Shown one piece after another: positions 48,255 to 61,972 of a stretch of DNA of 64,000 bases (positions are counted from its first letter, which is position 1; each line of letters opens with the position of its first letter). Source of the stretch: Coniocarpon cinnabarinum (lineage: Eukaryota); the NCBI GenBank assembly GCA_051942205.1, contig JAVECO010000093.1:1-64000 (forward strand), given 5' to 3'. The notes under the pieces are model-generated. The model had not been told where the DNA came from. It did no database searches and saw only the letters and a list, made by a program, of their open reading frames with translations. The position numbers and the translations under genes were made by a program.

Positions 48255-49906
48255 TTACGACTCCTGTGGATCAAGAATCGTTCCCGCCAGTATGGTCGCC
48301 CACCTGTTGGCATGGTCAGTGATATTTCCAAATAAGGCAGGATCAGGTCCAACTTACCCAATCAGCCGCCAGTGTTTCTCTATCCTTCTGCTCAAAGCCA
48401 CCTTTTCACCTATTTGTGTGCAGGCCGGGCTCGTCAATGACAATTGGGCGGCATCACCCTTTATAGCCAGAACCTTAGCGCCAGCAGCCACACTTCCAAT
48501 GTTGACCATGAGGACTTCGTTTTTAGTCAACTTGGCGATCTTCTGCTGCTTTCCGTCTGCGGATTTGATGCCCAACAACCGTCTGAGCAGGAAAAAGTTG
48601 ACCTGTAGGTCAACGTAGATGCTGGGCAACTGTCCCTTCAGCCCAAGCACAAAGCCCACCAGTCTGTCAGCGCGGGTCAAGGTTGGATCAATTCTGGTTC
48701 CGACCCCTATCAAACCACCGGGTACAGCAAATTTCAAGTCGTTATGCTCGGCAAATAACGATACCACTCGACTCTGAATCGGTCGACATTGGAAATTGCC
48801 GTTCGCGTCCTTGGACACGATTCCGGGTCTGATCTCTATCTCGTCGTCCAATTTAAGAACACCGGTCAGAATAGACCCTCCAGCGACCCCGCCCTTGAGC
48901 TCGTCAATTTCGGCGCCTGGTTTGTTTACATCGAAAGAACGAATGACCATCATTTGTGGAGCAGCGGTGAAATCGCGGGGCGGTACCGGAACTTTGGAGC
49001 AAAGAAACTCATTCACCGCATCGATGTTGAACTTGAGCTGGGCTGAGACAGGAATGATTGGAGATCCGTCGGCAACGGTTCCACGAATGAATTTTTTAAT
49101 GGATTGGTAATGCGTATCGGCTGCTTCTTCTCGAAGCAAATCGACTTTGTTCTGTAAGATCACGATCTTGTTTAGCTTCATGATCTCAATTGCCGCCAGA
49201 TGCTCAGACGTTTGAGGCTGAGGACATGTTTCGTTGCCAGCAATTAGTAGCAGCGCGGCATCCATCACTGCTGCACCAGACAGCATTGTGCTCATGAGAA
49301 TGTCGTGGCCAGGACAATCCACAAAAGATACGTGTCTTTGCAACCGATACGTCCCCCCGCAGCCTTCCCTCTCACAAGGCGGATCGACTGCTTTGTCGCT
49401 TTTGTAGCTTTTGTAACATGTTGGTCGCGGGCATCTCATGTTGTCGCATTTGTACACTTTTGCATTTGCGTAGCCTAGCTTGATGGTAATATTGCGTTCC
49501 AATTCATTCTTGAAGCGCACGGTCTGCACACCAGAAATTGCCTTGACAACAGTTGACTTCCCGTGAGCGACATGGCCAATCGTGCCAATGTTAATGGTGG
49601 CTTGTCGTGAAATGATCTCTGGCGAGACGGGGGTGAGTTTGGTAAAGTCAAGGTCCTGTGCATCTGGCTGAGGTGGCAATATATCGGCTTGGGCTTGCAG
49701 CGTGGTCTCTATTGGGGCAGTCTTCCTGAAGGGTAAGTGTCAATCAGATGAGCGGATTCTCTGAAGAGCATGAGGGTAGCCTACTTCATTGCCGATTTCT
49801 TTGAGTGCTTTTCGAGCTTGACATTATCCATTTCCTCGATGTCACTTTCGGGCGACAGGGCTCCCGGCGAGCCAGGCTCTTCATCAAGTGTGCCATTGGT
49901 AGACAT
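48255..49906 (-). CDS. GCD11: Translation initiation factor eIF2 gamma subunit
   Basis: [23 protein letters not shown] and [14 protein letters not shown] motifs; introns 49726-49784 and 48304-48357. Confidence 0.97.
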
Positions 49907-50384
49907 ATTGTGTAGGGTGTGAGCCGCAGCCTTTTGTATTAGCGCGACTTTGTAGGAAAATTCAACAAAGTGGGCAATCGAAAGTCACTGCAGATCGCGG
50001 CGAAATTGTTGCGCTACTATTTCACGCGCAGAGATGCGCAGAGCGATAAATGATCGAAGATTGAAAGGTGAGATGCGCGCGCAAAACCACGACTGTGAAA
50101 TTTCCTGAGCAGACTGGTATGTATTTCAGAGGGGCACAGGATTGGTATGGCCTTGCGGGTTTGCCTTGATTTATTCCTGATTCTTCAGGCCTGAATCCAG
50201 CTTGCCATTTTGCGCTTGGCAAGATTACTACGCGGTTATATGCGAGGCCAAGCGGATGTCAGAATGATGCAAACAGGTCGTGTTGAGTTTTAAAAGAAGC
50301 GGCAAGTATAGGAAAACCCGGGAAGATTCAGGTGCGCACACCTTGTCCCAACACGAGTCAGTCCAGACATCCAAGAGGCCTGCC

Positions 50385-50875
50385 ATGGTGCTTTCATTCA
50401 TTCTCGTTCAGAACCGTCAGTAAGTTGAACCATCCTACCACGCGGTTGTCGACAGAATCTCACGGCGTTCTGAAGGGGTAAGACACGCCTGGCCAAGTGG
50501 TACGCGCCATACAGCGACGAGGAAAAGGTCAGGCTGAAGGGTGACGTCCATCGCCTTGTAGCTCCCCGTGATCAAAAACATCAGTCCAATTTCGTAGAAT
50601 TCCGCACCAACCGGGTGGTCTATCGTCGTTACGCCGGCCTTTTCTTCTGCGTCTGTGTGGATGCCAACGACAACGAACTGGCCTACCTTGAAGCCATTCA
50701 TCTTTTCGTTGAGGTCCTTGACACTTTCTTCGGTAACGTGTGCGAGCTGGACCTGGTCTTTAATTTCTACAAAGTCTATGCGATTCTAGACGAAGTCTTT
50801 CTAGCTGGCGAGATCCAAGAAACGAGCAAGCCAGTTGTTCTAGAGCGGCTCCGGCATCTCTACGCCCAGGAGTGA
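50385..50875 (+). CDS. APS2: AP-2 adaptor complex sigma subunit
   Basis: [24 protein letters not shown]...[10 protein letters not shown]...[11 protein letters not shown]...GEIQETSK; intron 50420-50475. Confidence 0.93.
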
Positions 50876-51024
50876 AACTGTATGCGTTGCTGTCTGTGCA
50901 CGGATCGATTTCACGGCAATATCGCTAGAAGCGCCGCCATACACGCCAAAACTGGTAAACGAGCTAAGCGATTTGCCAGCGCTTTTCAACGCACTACCTA
51001 TCCTACACATCTGAAAGACAACTT

Positions 51025-51882
51025 CTAGTTGGAGACGTTGGTGTACCGCAAATAAGGTTTGACCTCCCTCACCCCGGCTGTGAACTTTTTTCTCGCATCT
51101 TCGGTAGTCACCGACGGCGGCACAATGACGTCCTCGCCGACCTTCCAGTCGACAGGAGTCGTAACCCCTTTGGCGTCACCGGTCTGCAGGGAATCGATGA
51201 CTCGCAAAACCTCCGTCGTGTTCCGCCCACAGCTTGCTGGGTACATCATTGTCAAACGGACCTTCTTAGCTGGATCGATGATGAAGACTGAGCGGATCGT
51301 GAACGCAATACCTTTCTGATCGATATTCGTAAGATCCTGTGCGTCTAGCATGTCGTAGAGGAATGCGATCTTGCGCTCTGGATCTGCAATTATGGGAAAG
51401 TGAAGATTGGTGTTGGAAACTTCGTTAATGTCGCTAATCCATTGTTCGTGAGAGCTCGTGTCGTTGGCGCTCAGCCCGATCATTTTGACACCCCGCTTTT
51501 CGAATTCGTCCCTCATCTTAGCAAACGCGCCGAGCTCTGTCGTACATACGGGAGTAAAGTCTGCTGGATGAGAGAAGAGAATGGCCCAGCTATTGCTGAT
51601 AAATTTGTGGAAATCAATGTGACCATGGGTCGTAGCGGCGGAGAAGTTGGGAGCTGGGCTTCTGTTAGATCTCTGGGTCTTACCGCTGGGACGTTGTTAC
51701 GCACCTTCAGTTCCTAGCCTGATGCGTGGCTGGGTCTCGGATGGAGTTGCAAAGCTGCGCCGGAACGCTGGAGCTGAAGATCTGACAACCGATCTGCGCA
51801 GGCTGGGTGTGTACGCGCTTGTGGTCAAGCAAGAGCTCTGCCTGAACATCCCAGGTACAAGCTTGACGACATTGGAAGCCAT
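51025..51882 (-). CDS. PRX1: Mitochondrial 1-Cys peroxiredoxin
   Basis: Arg/Ser-rich presequence, RLGTE|APNF (intron 51654-51704), FSHPADFTPVCTTELG, YPASCGRN. Confidence 0.95.
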
Positions 51883-52223
51883 GTCTGTGACCGGACACAA
51901 CGAAAATAGTCTTCCTCTAAAACTTGAATATTCAGTAACCCTGTGCTGATGGAAAGCCCTGCGACTCCGTCGAAAAGTTTTAAGGAATGGGACCTTGAAG
52001 AAATTGAAAATCACGTCACTGGTGGGACCCTGACTCAATGTCTGTGTGCCACAGCGCTAGGGGCCAAGACTCCCAACTTCCAGGCACGCTAGCGGTCCTG
52101 GTGCCGATGCAGAGCCGCAGCTTGTGTGCCTGTACGCCACACATCTGAGATTGCCTTCTGCAGCTTTTTGACATCACGCTTCACAATTGCCCATCTGACT
52201 GACAGCCGCATGCCAGCTGCATA

Positions 52224-54681
52224 ATGACGGCCTGTAAGCATGTACAAGATCCGAGTAAGACACTCATGCACAAGACTGTTCTTTGCATCCAACCCGCCTT
52301 GTTGACCACATAGAATAACAGGCTTGACCCCGCCGACTGCCGCCCAGTCTGTGTACCGCGAGGACTGCACGCAGTGTTTTGACGGTGTTGACAACGCGGA
52401 GGGCTTGGACGTGTGCCTTCATTGCTTTAACGGTGGATGTGTTGGAGAGCGAGGTCATGCTCGGCTGCACCACAACACTTCCAAGCACCCCCTCGCTCTC
52501 AACATCAAACGCAAACGCAAACATGTTAGCAAGGAAGAGCCGCCGCAAAAGATGACCAAGCTGGCTATTGCAGCCGAGACTGACGAAGACCGCTACGACG
52601 TCTCCACAAGAGTTGACTGCTTTGAATGTCAACTGCAAGGCGTGGACCAGAACGCTGGCAAGCTACCTGAAGTCGTTGATGGCGTCATGAAGGCCAACAC
52701 GTTCGCAAAGCAGGAGGAGGTCAAGGCTTGGGAAGCGGAAATCACAGCGTGCGAGCACACTCTGTGCTTGGACCAGCACGTGCCGAAAGAGATTCCGTCG
52801 CAAATGTTGGGCCAATGTGAGAAGTGTGACCTCAAAGAGAACCTCTGGCTTTGCCTCACGTGCGGTGCCCTTGGCTGTGGACGAGCTCAATACGGTGGCG
52901 TGGGAGGGCACAGCCATGCACTGGCACACTCCAAAGAAACTTCCCATCCTGTGGCCGTGAAACTGGGCTCTCTCACTGCGGATGGTACTGCAGATATTTA
53001 CTGCTATACCTGCGATGACGAGCGGATAGATCCAGAACTACCGATGCATTTGTCTAATTTCGGAATCAACATCAAGGATCGGCAAAAGACGGAAAAGAGC
53101 TTGACGGAAATGCAAGTGGAGCAAAATCTTCGATGGGAATTTTCCATGACACAGGATGGCAAAGAGATGACACCGCTGTTCGGCGAAGGCTTCACGGGCA
53201 TCAAAAATCTAGGAAACAGTTGCTACCTTGCTAGTGTCTTGCAGTGTCTGTTTGACATGCCAGAATTTGGACAGCGCTATTATCGTCCAGGCGAACATCC
53301 TCCGCCTGCCACTTCTCCGGCCGACGACTTGGAAACTCAGCTGCGCAAACTGGCCGATGGACTTCTGTCAGGGCGATACTCACACTCAGATTCGGATGTA
53401 CTTGCTGCACCAGAAAGCTCTGAGGTCCCGCATCAGAAGGGCCTTGCGCCTGCCATGCTGAAGCACTTGATCGGCCGTGGCCACTCCGAATTTTCAACTA
53501 GGCGTCAACAGGATGCTTTTGAGCTTCTCTTGCACCTCCTGCAGCTTGTGTCACGTTCTCATGCTCAGACTTCTCCATCAAATCCAGTTAATGCTTTCAA
53601 ATTCATCATGGAACAGAGACTTCAATGCGTCCACTGCAACAAAGTTCGTTATCGAGAGGACGAATCTGAGAACATTACAGTTCCAGTGCCGATTCGTCGT
53701 GTCGCCGGGATGACCGATGCCGATGGCGAACGTAAAGACGAATTCGAAGCAGTCACATTGAAGGAATGCTTGGATATATTCACAGCATTCGAAAGGGTCG
53801 AACTCACTTGCCCTTCCTGCCGAAGCAAAGATGGATTCACTAAACGTCAATCGTTCAAAACATTTCCCGATATTCTTGCAGTCAATTGCAGACGCTTCGA
53901 CCTCGTCAATTGGTTGCCTACAAAAATGGACGTACCCGTCATTGTGGGCGATGAAGCTATCGACTTTCATGAGTACAGAGGGACAGGCCTGCAGGCATCT
54001 GAAGAAGTCCTACCCGAAGATGCAGATGTTGGCACCAAAACAACATCTAACACTTTCATCCCGAATGAGATGGCACTGTCGATGCTCGAAGCCATGGGCT
54101 TTCCGCGCGTCAGATGCGAAAAGGCCTTGAAAGCAACTGGCAACGAAGATGCAGAAGCAGCCAGCAACTGGTTGTTTGAGCACATGGAGGATCCGGACAT
54201 TGACGTGCCCATGCCCGACGACGCTGCGACACACACTGGGAGCGCGGGCGCGATTGATCCAGCTGCCATCGATCAACTGGGCGCCATGGGGTTTGATCCG
54301 CCGTTGGCAAGACAGGCTCTCAAGGAGACTGGTGGCGACCCTGAGCGAGCGGTCGATTGGCTTTTCAGTCATCCTGATGCTCAAGGGGACTTCGAGGATA
54401 ACACGCAAGCGGACGGCGCGTCCGAGGAGGCCTCGGCTGCGGAGAAGAAGGCGATTGGCGTGGAAGATGCGCATGCGAAGTTCCAGCTGCAGAGCATTGT
54501 GTGCCACAAGGGGACCAGCATCCACGCGGGGCACTACGTAGCATTCGTCCGCAAGCAGCTGCCCGGGTCGAAGCGGACAGACTGGGTGCTGTTCAATGAC
54601 GAAAAGGTGGCGCAGGCGAGCGATGCCGAGGAGATGAAGAAGTTTGCGTACATCTACTTTCTGAGGCGGTTGAGTGCATAG
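52224..54681 (+). CDS. UBP14: Ubiquitin-specific protease Ubp14/USP5 (isopeptidase T)
   Basis: MTACKHVQDPS| first exon (intron 52255-52321), ZnF-UBP (WLCLTCG...CGR), GIKNLGNSCY, QQDA, two UBA domains (MGF), HKGTSIHAGHY. Confidence 0.96.
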
Positions 54682-55184
54682 ACCCATCTGCGTGGGTGCG
54701 CGCGAGGAGTGGATCGCGCGGCATGTTGCGGGTGCCTGCGCTCTCGAGCGTGAAATGGGTATCAGAACGCGTGTTTGATGAAAAGCACTCGTTTACCACT
54801 CAGCAGGAGCGCAGCTCTTGAGTCGAAGTGCTTCTCGAGCACGTACAACTTGAAGGGACCCCTTACGGGAACATTGAACAGCGACCTCGCGCGTGCATGT
54901 GACGGGCCTGGTCTGTGCGCGTCGAGTTGTTGCCCCGGACGACGTCTGTTTCTGAGTTGGGCCAACCCTGCCCGCCCGTGTTGGCGCTGGGATGCCGGCC
55001 GCTAAGACCAAGAAGACCTCCAGCTCACACGCCCCAGGAGTCAGACCGCAGACACAGACATCGGTGTTGAACGACCTTCAGTTGAGCACTGCGTGCGAAA
55101 TCGACTGCAGTCCCTTGCCAGCCCTAAGCTGTCATGCGCTCTGCGTGAGACTGGAGCTGCACCGAGGCGCATTCCTCCAAAAAC

Positions 55185-58100
55185 ATGCCAGCGCCGATTG
55201 GTCGAGAATCGTCAGTTGAGCGTCCAGCAAGACATCAGCATTCCTCCTCTGAAAACATCAAGGCGCATGTCCCAATGTGAGTAAACACACGCCGCCTCTT
55301 GGTCGAGTCTGCAATCGCCTTCCTCTTGCCCTGCTAGATGTTGTTGCTTCGACGTGGCAGTGTCTCATCCCGCAAGCGAAGCCGGACTGACAAGAGACGC
55401 AGGTGGGACAGCTCAGACCCCGAGCGTGCTCCTCCTCCCCTCCCTCTGAATCCCGGATGCTCCACCCCCACAGGCTCTCCGACGAAACCGAACACGTCTG
55501 CTGCTATCCAGGCCCAGGCCCAGGCCTTTGTCGATCGGGCGCGTGAGAACTTGACGAGCCCGTACACCGTCAATCGAACACCCGAACGCTCTCCGGAGAG
55601 GTCCGCAGTATCCGCGCAACACCGGCGGTTGCAATCGTTGCAAAATGGCAGTCCGCGCGAGTTCAAAGTTCACAGGGGTGTTGCTGTTGAAAGCACGGAT
55701 TCGAGGCCGACTTCTCCACACTCATCACGAGAATCCCATCTGACAGTGTCGAATCAATTGGTCATCCGTCCGCTGTCTCCAAGATCAGGAGCGGGGCCCA
55801 AAAGCGAGAAAGATGGTGTGGCGCGGGATCCGTCACCTGTCCCGTTCTTGTCCGAGAACACACCACCAATGCGCGGTACGAACTCGCCGAAAATGACACC
55901 TGATCATGAGGTGGATGTCAATCCATTCAAAGATCTCACCAATGGGGCGCGGCATCAACTCGCCCACGATTCGGAGGGGAACCAAATACACTCCCAGAAT
56001 CGATACCATTGCTCCCGTGTCAAGGACCTGACCAACGTCGCCAGTGCATTGCACAAAGAAATGTCCGCACTCAGCAAACGCAGTAGAGATAACGCCAGCG
56101 ACTTGATGGTCCTCAAGAAATCAACTAGGGAGGTTCTAGATGCAGTTTTGGAGGCGAGTGCCCTGCAGAAGGGCACTACCGCACGCAGTGATCGTCCTGC
56201 AGAGAGCAGCTTTGACTTCAAGGCTCTCAAAGACAACTCCAATGAAATTCTGAGGTCCCTACGCGAGACGAGTGCGGCGCAGCAATCAGCATTGATCAGT
56301 GCAAATGACACTGGTTCTACGCAACACTGGATGGCAGTGAAGGAGTCTTTACAAGAGCTTCTGGACGCCGTGCACGAGTCAAGAGCTCCTCAGAACAACA
56401 CAGACATCAGTGAACGCAGCTTAGACAATGCTGAAGATCTCCAGTCGCTCAAGATTTCGTCACAGGAAATTTTAGAGGCTGTTCGAAAAGTCTCAGCTAT
56501 GCAGGAAACAGCGTTAGTGGAGGAGTCGCATGTGGACAACAATGAAGATCTGCAGCACTTAAAAGGCATCTCGCAACAAATACTGACTGCCATACATGAA
56601 ACCAACACGACTCATCAGTCATCTGTGGTCCCTGTATCGCATCCAGATATTGCGGAAGACTTCCAGCATCTCAAAGAGGCTTCGCAAGATATATTGCATG
56701 CTATTCAAGAAGTCGGTATTTCGCACCAATCAGCCATTACCAGCGAGCAGCATGTGGACAACACGGAAGACTTCCAAGATCTGAAGGACACCTCACGAGA
56801 GATACTCGATGCAATCAACGCCGCCAGCGCGGAGCAACAATCAGCTGTTGCCAACGACCATAGTTCAGACAACGCAGAGGACTTGCAACACCTCAAAGAT
56901 GCTTGTCAGGAAATCTTGAGTGCCGTGAAAGAAGCAAGCCACATGCAAAACACAGCACTTGTTAGCACACGCGAGACTGAAAATCCTGACGATATTCAAT
57001 CACTCAAAGACACTTCTCAAGATATTCTGAACGCGGTCAGCGAAGCTAGCACAATTCAAAACGAGATTGCCACGTTCACAGAACGCAATAAAAACAACGT
57101 ATATGAGTTGTCAGCTCTCAAAGAGACTGTCAGTGAAGTGCTTGCTGCTGTCAGGGAGGCAAGCTCGGTTCAAAAAGATATGGCGGACAACCTCCAGCGC
57201 AGCAAGGACACAGCGAATGAGCTGGTGCCCTTGAACAAGGATTCCACAGATCCCAACGCATCAGGTGAGCCGTCTTCTCAGGAGCAGCAAGAGCCACCCT
57301 CGAAAGAAGATGTGGAGAAGCTTGAGGTTATGCTCGCACAGCTACAAATCAAGCTTGAAGCAATGGACCAAAACGTTAGCGCACAGATCCAAACCTCGTT
57401 TAATCCGGACGTGACCGTGAAAGCCGATCTTTCGGAGATCGAGACAATGCTCAGACATCTCCAAACTGGCGTTGAGGAGTTGTCTTCACGACCTGAGCCA
57501 GCGCCACCAGTCATCCCTGCAGGTATTGCTAAGGAAGACGTGGATGCGCTGGAAACGTTAATGCGAAACGTCAAGGCAAAGATTGATGATAGCGTTGTCC
57601 CAGGCATTGAAAGCGGAGTGACCAGAGAGGACATGGACAATGTCGAGGCCCTTGCGCGAATGACCCAAGAAACAGTTGAGTCGATGGCGAATCGTCTGGA
57701 GCAAGATTCTGCGGCTAAAGAAGACACCAATGCTCTCACTGTCCATCTGGATGAGATTAGAGCCACCATTGACCAGATCAAGACACAGCTCGATGCGCCA
57801 GACATCGAAGAAAAATTAGAAGAAGATCTGAACACGATCAAAGAGGTCTGCGACGACATCAAACTTAAGCTTGACGACATACCCGACGTACTACCATCCA
57901 AGCCGGACATCGAGGAAATAACGGAGATGGTGGCCGAAGTGCGAGACTCACAATTAGCTCTCAAAGACAAGTATGAGGATGACGTTGGCATCACGGCCAA
58001 AGCGTTTGATGATAGGAAGGTCGAGGCAGACAAGATCTTGGAGTCCGTGGAGGGTCTCCGCGAGTCAATCGAAGAAACCAGAGACCACTTGAAGTCCCGA

Positions 58101-60692
58101 ATCAAGCGAGGAAACGAGGATGTGCGGGTGCTGGACGAGATTCTCCAAGGGATTGAAGAAAAGATTGATGAGATACCAACTACAGTTCCCGACAGCGATG
58201 AGATCAAGGAGACAATTCAGGGGGAAATCGCCAGGGCTCTCGAAGCGATTGAGGGTGTTCGCACTGATCACGAAGCGCAATGTGCAACCATCCTTGAGAA
58301 GACCGAGGAGCATGAAAATGCCATTCTCGGCGAAGTGCTTTCGAAGCTTGACAGCAGCTTCAATGAACTGCGGTCCGGGCAGCAAGAACAGCAGCAAGTC
58401 ATTGGTGAAGCTACGCTCAGCATGACAGAGAAGCAGAAGCAACAAGAAGAGATGATGTCGTCATCAAGAGCCGCGGCCGAGGAGTTGAAAGTCACGATTG
58501 ACACGCTCGGAGCAGCTGTCCAGGGCATTGATCCTATGCTCAAAGACGCGGCCGAGAAGTGGAGTGATGATGCAAAAGTCGTCTACGACAAAGTCGACGA
58601 TTTGTCGAGAAAGATTGAAGACGGCGCGGTGGACAGTAAGACAGATCATGAGCTGACCCGCGATGAGGTGATCAAAACTGCAGCCGTCGCTGGCAGTGTG
58701 CAAGACCTGATCCTTGCGAATCATCCGCAGATTATGGAGGCTCTTCAGCACCTTGGATCAACTATTCAGACGAATTTTGAGACCAGCAAACTGTCCAAGG
58801 AGTCTTCGGAGAAGATATCCGATGATCTCAAGGCTCACTTTGACGAAGGCCTTCGACGACTGCCGGCACCTCAGTTAGAAGCTCCCAAGGTCGAGCCTGT
58901 AGTCTCGATTGATGAAAACGTTCACTCGAAGCTGAACGAAATTCTCAGCAAGAGTTCGTCGCCCAAGTACGACGATAGTTCTCTGCACGCCAAAATGGAT
59001 CAACTTTTAGGATACGCGCCCAACTCAAGCGAAGCACTGAGCCGGCTTTCAGGCCTCGATGAATTACAAAAGCAGCTTAACGCGATCGGAACGGAAGTCT
59101 CAGCTTTTGTGGCATTTCAAACGAAAATGATCAGTGCCGAGCATGAAAATAAGGAGAAAGAGGCGGACCAAGCCGCACTAGACCTGAGTAATAGCTTGAA
59201 CGAGAAGGAGCGCATTGACGGCGACATCGCTCTTTTAAAAGAAACGAAAGGTGAGCTTTCGTCTAGTATTGCGCAGCAACGGTCTATTATGAGCGCTCTC
59301 AAGACCGAGTGTGAAGAGTTGAACAAGCAGAAAATCCATCTGAGTGCAGACGTGAGCTCCTTGGAAATGGCTTTGAAGCTACGACGTGAAGAGCTGGCCA
59401 TGATGGATACACGCGCTGATGCTCTAGAGCGACGCATTATCGAAGGTGTTATGAACCACAGTCGAGCGTTGCTGCTTTCTAAGCAGCCTCGGAGTCGAGC
59501 TGGACCAGACGGCATGAATCTGAAACGTGTCGGCAGCAATGCATCACACAGTACAGCCGCGACGCAGCAAACCACCAGGACAAGCACTCCCTCCATTGTC
59601 AACTCAGCTACAGATATGGCGCTGAAGGCGCGGAAGGCAAAGCTCCCCGGCAACGTCCCCAGCGTCACGAATAGCCCTCGGAATGATCGACGTATTGCGA
59701 GCCTGAGTCAGATCAACAACAACGTGGCCAGTGGACGACACATGGATGCGTCGTCGAATCGGCACACCAGTTCAGGTCTTGGAGCTGGTCTCAAACGCAG
59801 TCAGAGTGTTAGGACACAAAAGACGCGAAAATCGTCGTGGCAGCCGGGAAATGGGAGCCTGCAAGGTATTAGTGATGATGACAAGGAAAATGAGTCTGTA
59901 CGTGGTGAAGATCGCAGCCCAACTCCAACGCCTGGAGAGACCGACAAGACCTTTGACTTTTCACGCGCAAGCTCCACCAGTCGTGGTGCTCCAACAAGTA
60001 CAGAAGCAGCCGTGTCTCAATTGGCACTGACAAATGGTCCTTGGAGTTCCGAAACTTCTGCGTCGCAAGCGACGTCGACGAACCGCCCAAGAACAAACAC
60101 TGCAGAGTCCACGAAGACACGCCAGCCTTCACGGACGCACTCTACTGGGTCCAGCACACGGCGCGATAGTTTCAGCACTATTGTGACCGGAAGCGGTGAG
60201 ACTGAAGAGAACAGTCAACTGCTGACTGAGCAGAGTACTGCGAGCCCTCAGTCGGAAATGTCGTCATATTTCTCTGGAACCCATCCATCCACTGTGACTT
60301 CGAGCAATGATGCTGAAACGGAGAGCACAGTGACGACCTCTACGGATCGGCGACGAAGCATTGGCAGTACGCTGTTTTCGAACCGAGGGTCAAATGAAGA
60401 CGGTGAAGGAACTGACGTATTGAGTGACGACGAAGGGAGAATCGACAGCGACGTGGGGACGACAATGATTCCACCGGATCATGACAGCGTGGTGGGCAAC
60501 GACATGCCCGCACCTCTCCAGCTCTTCGCGAAAGGTGGACCGCAGCGCGCCCCGGGGCCTGACGGGTATGACAGTGGACTTGGTAGTGACTTGCCCACTG
60601 CAGCTCCCAGTCAAGGCACCGGCAGCTTGACGGACTACTTCCAGGGGGCCAGCGCGGGCGGAGCAGACAAGTTGGAGGCGGTGGACGAGTGA
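55185..60692 (+). CDS. Very large fungal coiled-coil protein with internal 37-aa repeats
   Basis: Exon 1 MPAPIGRE...HVPM joined by intron 55277-55402 to WDSSDPERAPPPLPLNP. Long acidic heptad region, conserved-looking LRREELAMMDTRADALERRIIEGVMNHSR, Ser/Thr-rich tail. Confidence 0.85.
56088..57235 (+). repeat. About 10 diverged coding repeats of 37-39 aa (core period 111 nt)
   Basis: DNAEDLQSLK (56424), DNNEDLQHLK (56535), DIAEDFQHLK (56646), DNTEDFQDLK (56757) and DNAEDLQHLK (56868) are exactly 111 nt apart, with flanking diverged copies. Confidence 0.9.
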
Positions 60693-61972
60693 CGGCAGAC
60701 CTGTAGGACTATCGGGGCAAACGACGGGGGCGCACATGGGAACAAGCAGCGGGTGGCGCTGGGGGTGTTCATGTGGGCAGGGAGCATGACCTTGACCGGG
60801 ATGATAAGAGCAGTCAGGGCTGGTGACAGGGCGTTGAAGGAGTTGCTGCTGGAGGCGTTTGGATCTTCGATGACGCAAGCCCTGGCCACGTGACGAGGAC
60901 TTTGTATAGAGTTGATGACGCGACGAATGTCAACCTTTGACGTGAGCGGAACCGGCAGAACGCGAACGTCCCCCAGGCGAGCGACCGAGGATCTGCTGGC
61001 GTGAACCAATCTGTCATTGAGCAGTATCCTGAATGGAGAGGAGGAGACGAGGCTGCGTGACTCCTCCCGTTGCCCCTTCAGCCGAGGATGGCTGATATCG
61101 AGAGTCTGGGCGCCAAGACTTTCCTCCACACACCTACCCTGGCAGTCTACATAGCGATAGCTACCACGCCTAACCCTAACATTTCACTGTGCACGCTGCC
61201 TCCGCACGCGACCACACCAGGGTTGCATTGCTCCGATCGTCCATCTGCCACCTGTATGTCTTATCTCGTCTCTTCATCTACATGCTTGCACCGTCGGCCC
61301 ACCTGCGGAGATGATCGGGAGGAGCCGAGGCGACCTTGTGCTTCGTCCCGGCACTTCCTACCAGCAACAGGTGCGCTTCCAGCAGCACCGCCCATCGTAA
61401 GACATCGCTCACCTAAGATCATGCGCGTCTTCGCGAACGCTACATGTCCTGGCTCAGGCCCCGGCCAAGGCTCAAGACTGGTCCATTGCTCTTATCTCGG
61501 TCCTTGCCTGAAGCTATTCTCTGTGCTCTCGGCATCATAGATGTCTTGCCTCAACGAGCACACCGCGCTCGCATAGCTCTGGCGTTAATGCAAGATCGGC
61601 GTTGACCTACGACATGATAGTCGCGGATCCACTAACGTGCGCACAAGACCATGATGCCTTTGGGAAGGTACCCAGCGTTCATCTGCATCGTCCTGCATAA
61701 TCTATACCTCGTTGCGTGGCCGTCGTTGGGGCAGGACCGTCCCTTGCAGATCTGAGCAAGACTATGGTACATCAGTTGATCTACCAGCGTGCCATGGAGC
61801 CAAAAAGACCGTTAGCTCGTCTTTCGCCGCTATCCAGTGGAGGACAATTGCGCCGGAGAACAGCCCTAGAGAAGGAAGCTGGCAAAATGGATTATAAGAC
61901 GGTGACCTTGTGTCCGCCATTGGACCTCTCCGAGCTGCTTGCTTTCTCTTCAGCAAGCTCCGTCACAGCAGG

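Noticed and set aside
57278..58207. 309-aa Ser-rich minus-strand ORF (also 11909-12736 and 54010-54687)
   Set aside because: Antisense shadows of acidic or coiled-coil coding regions.
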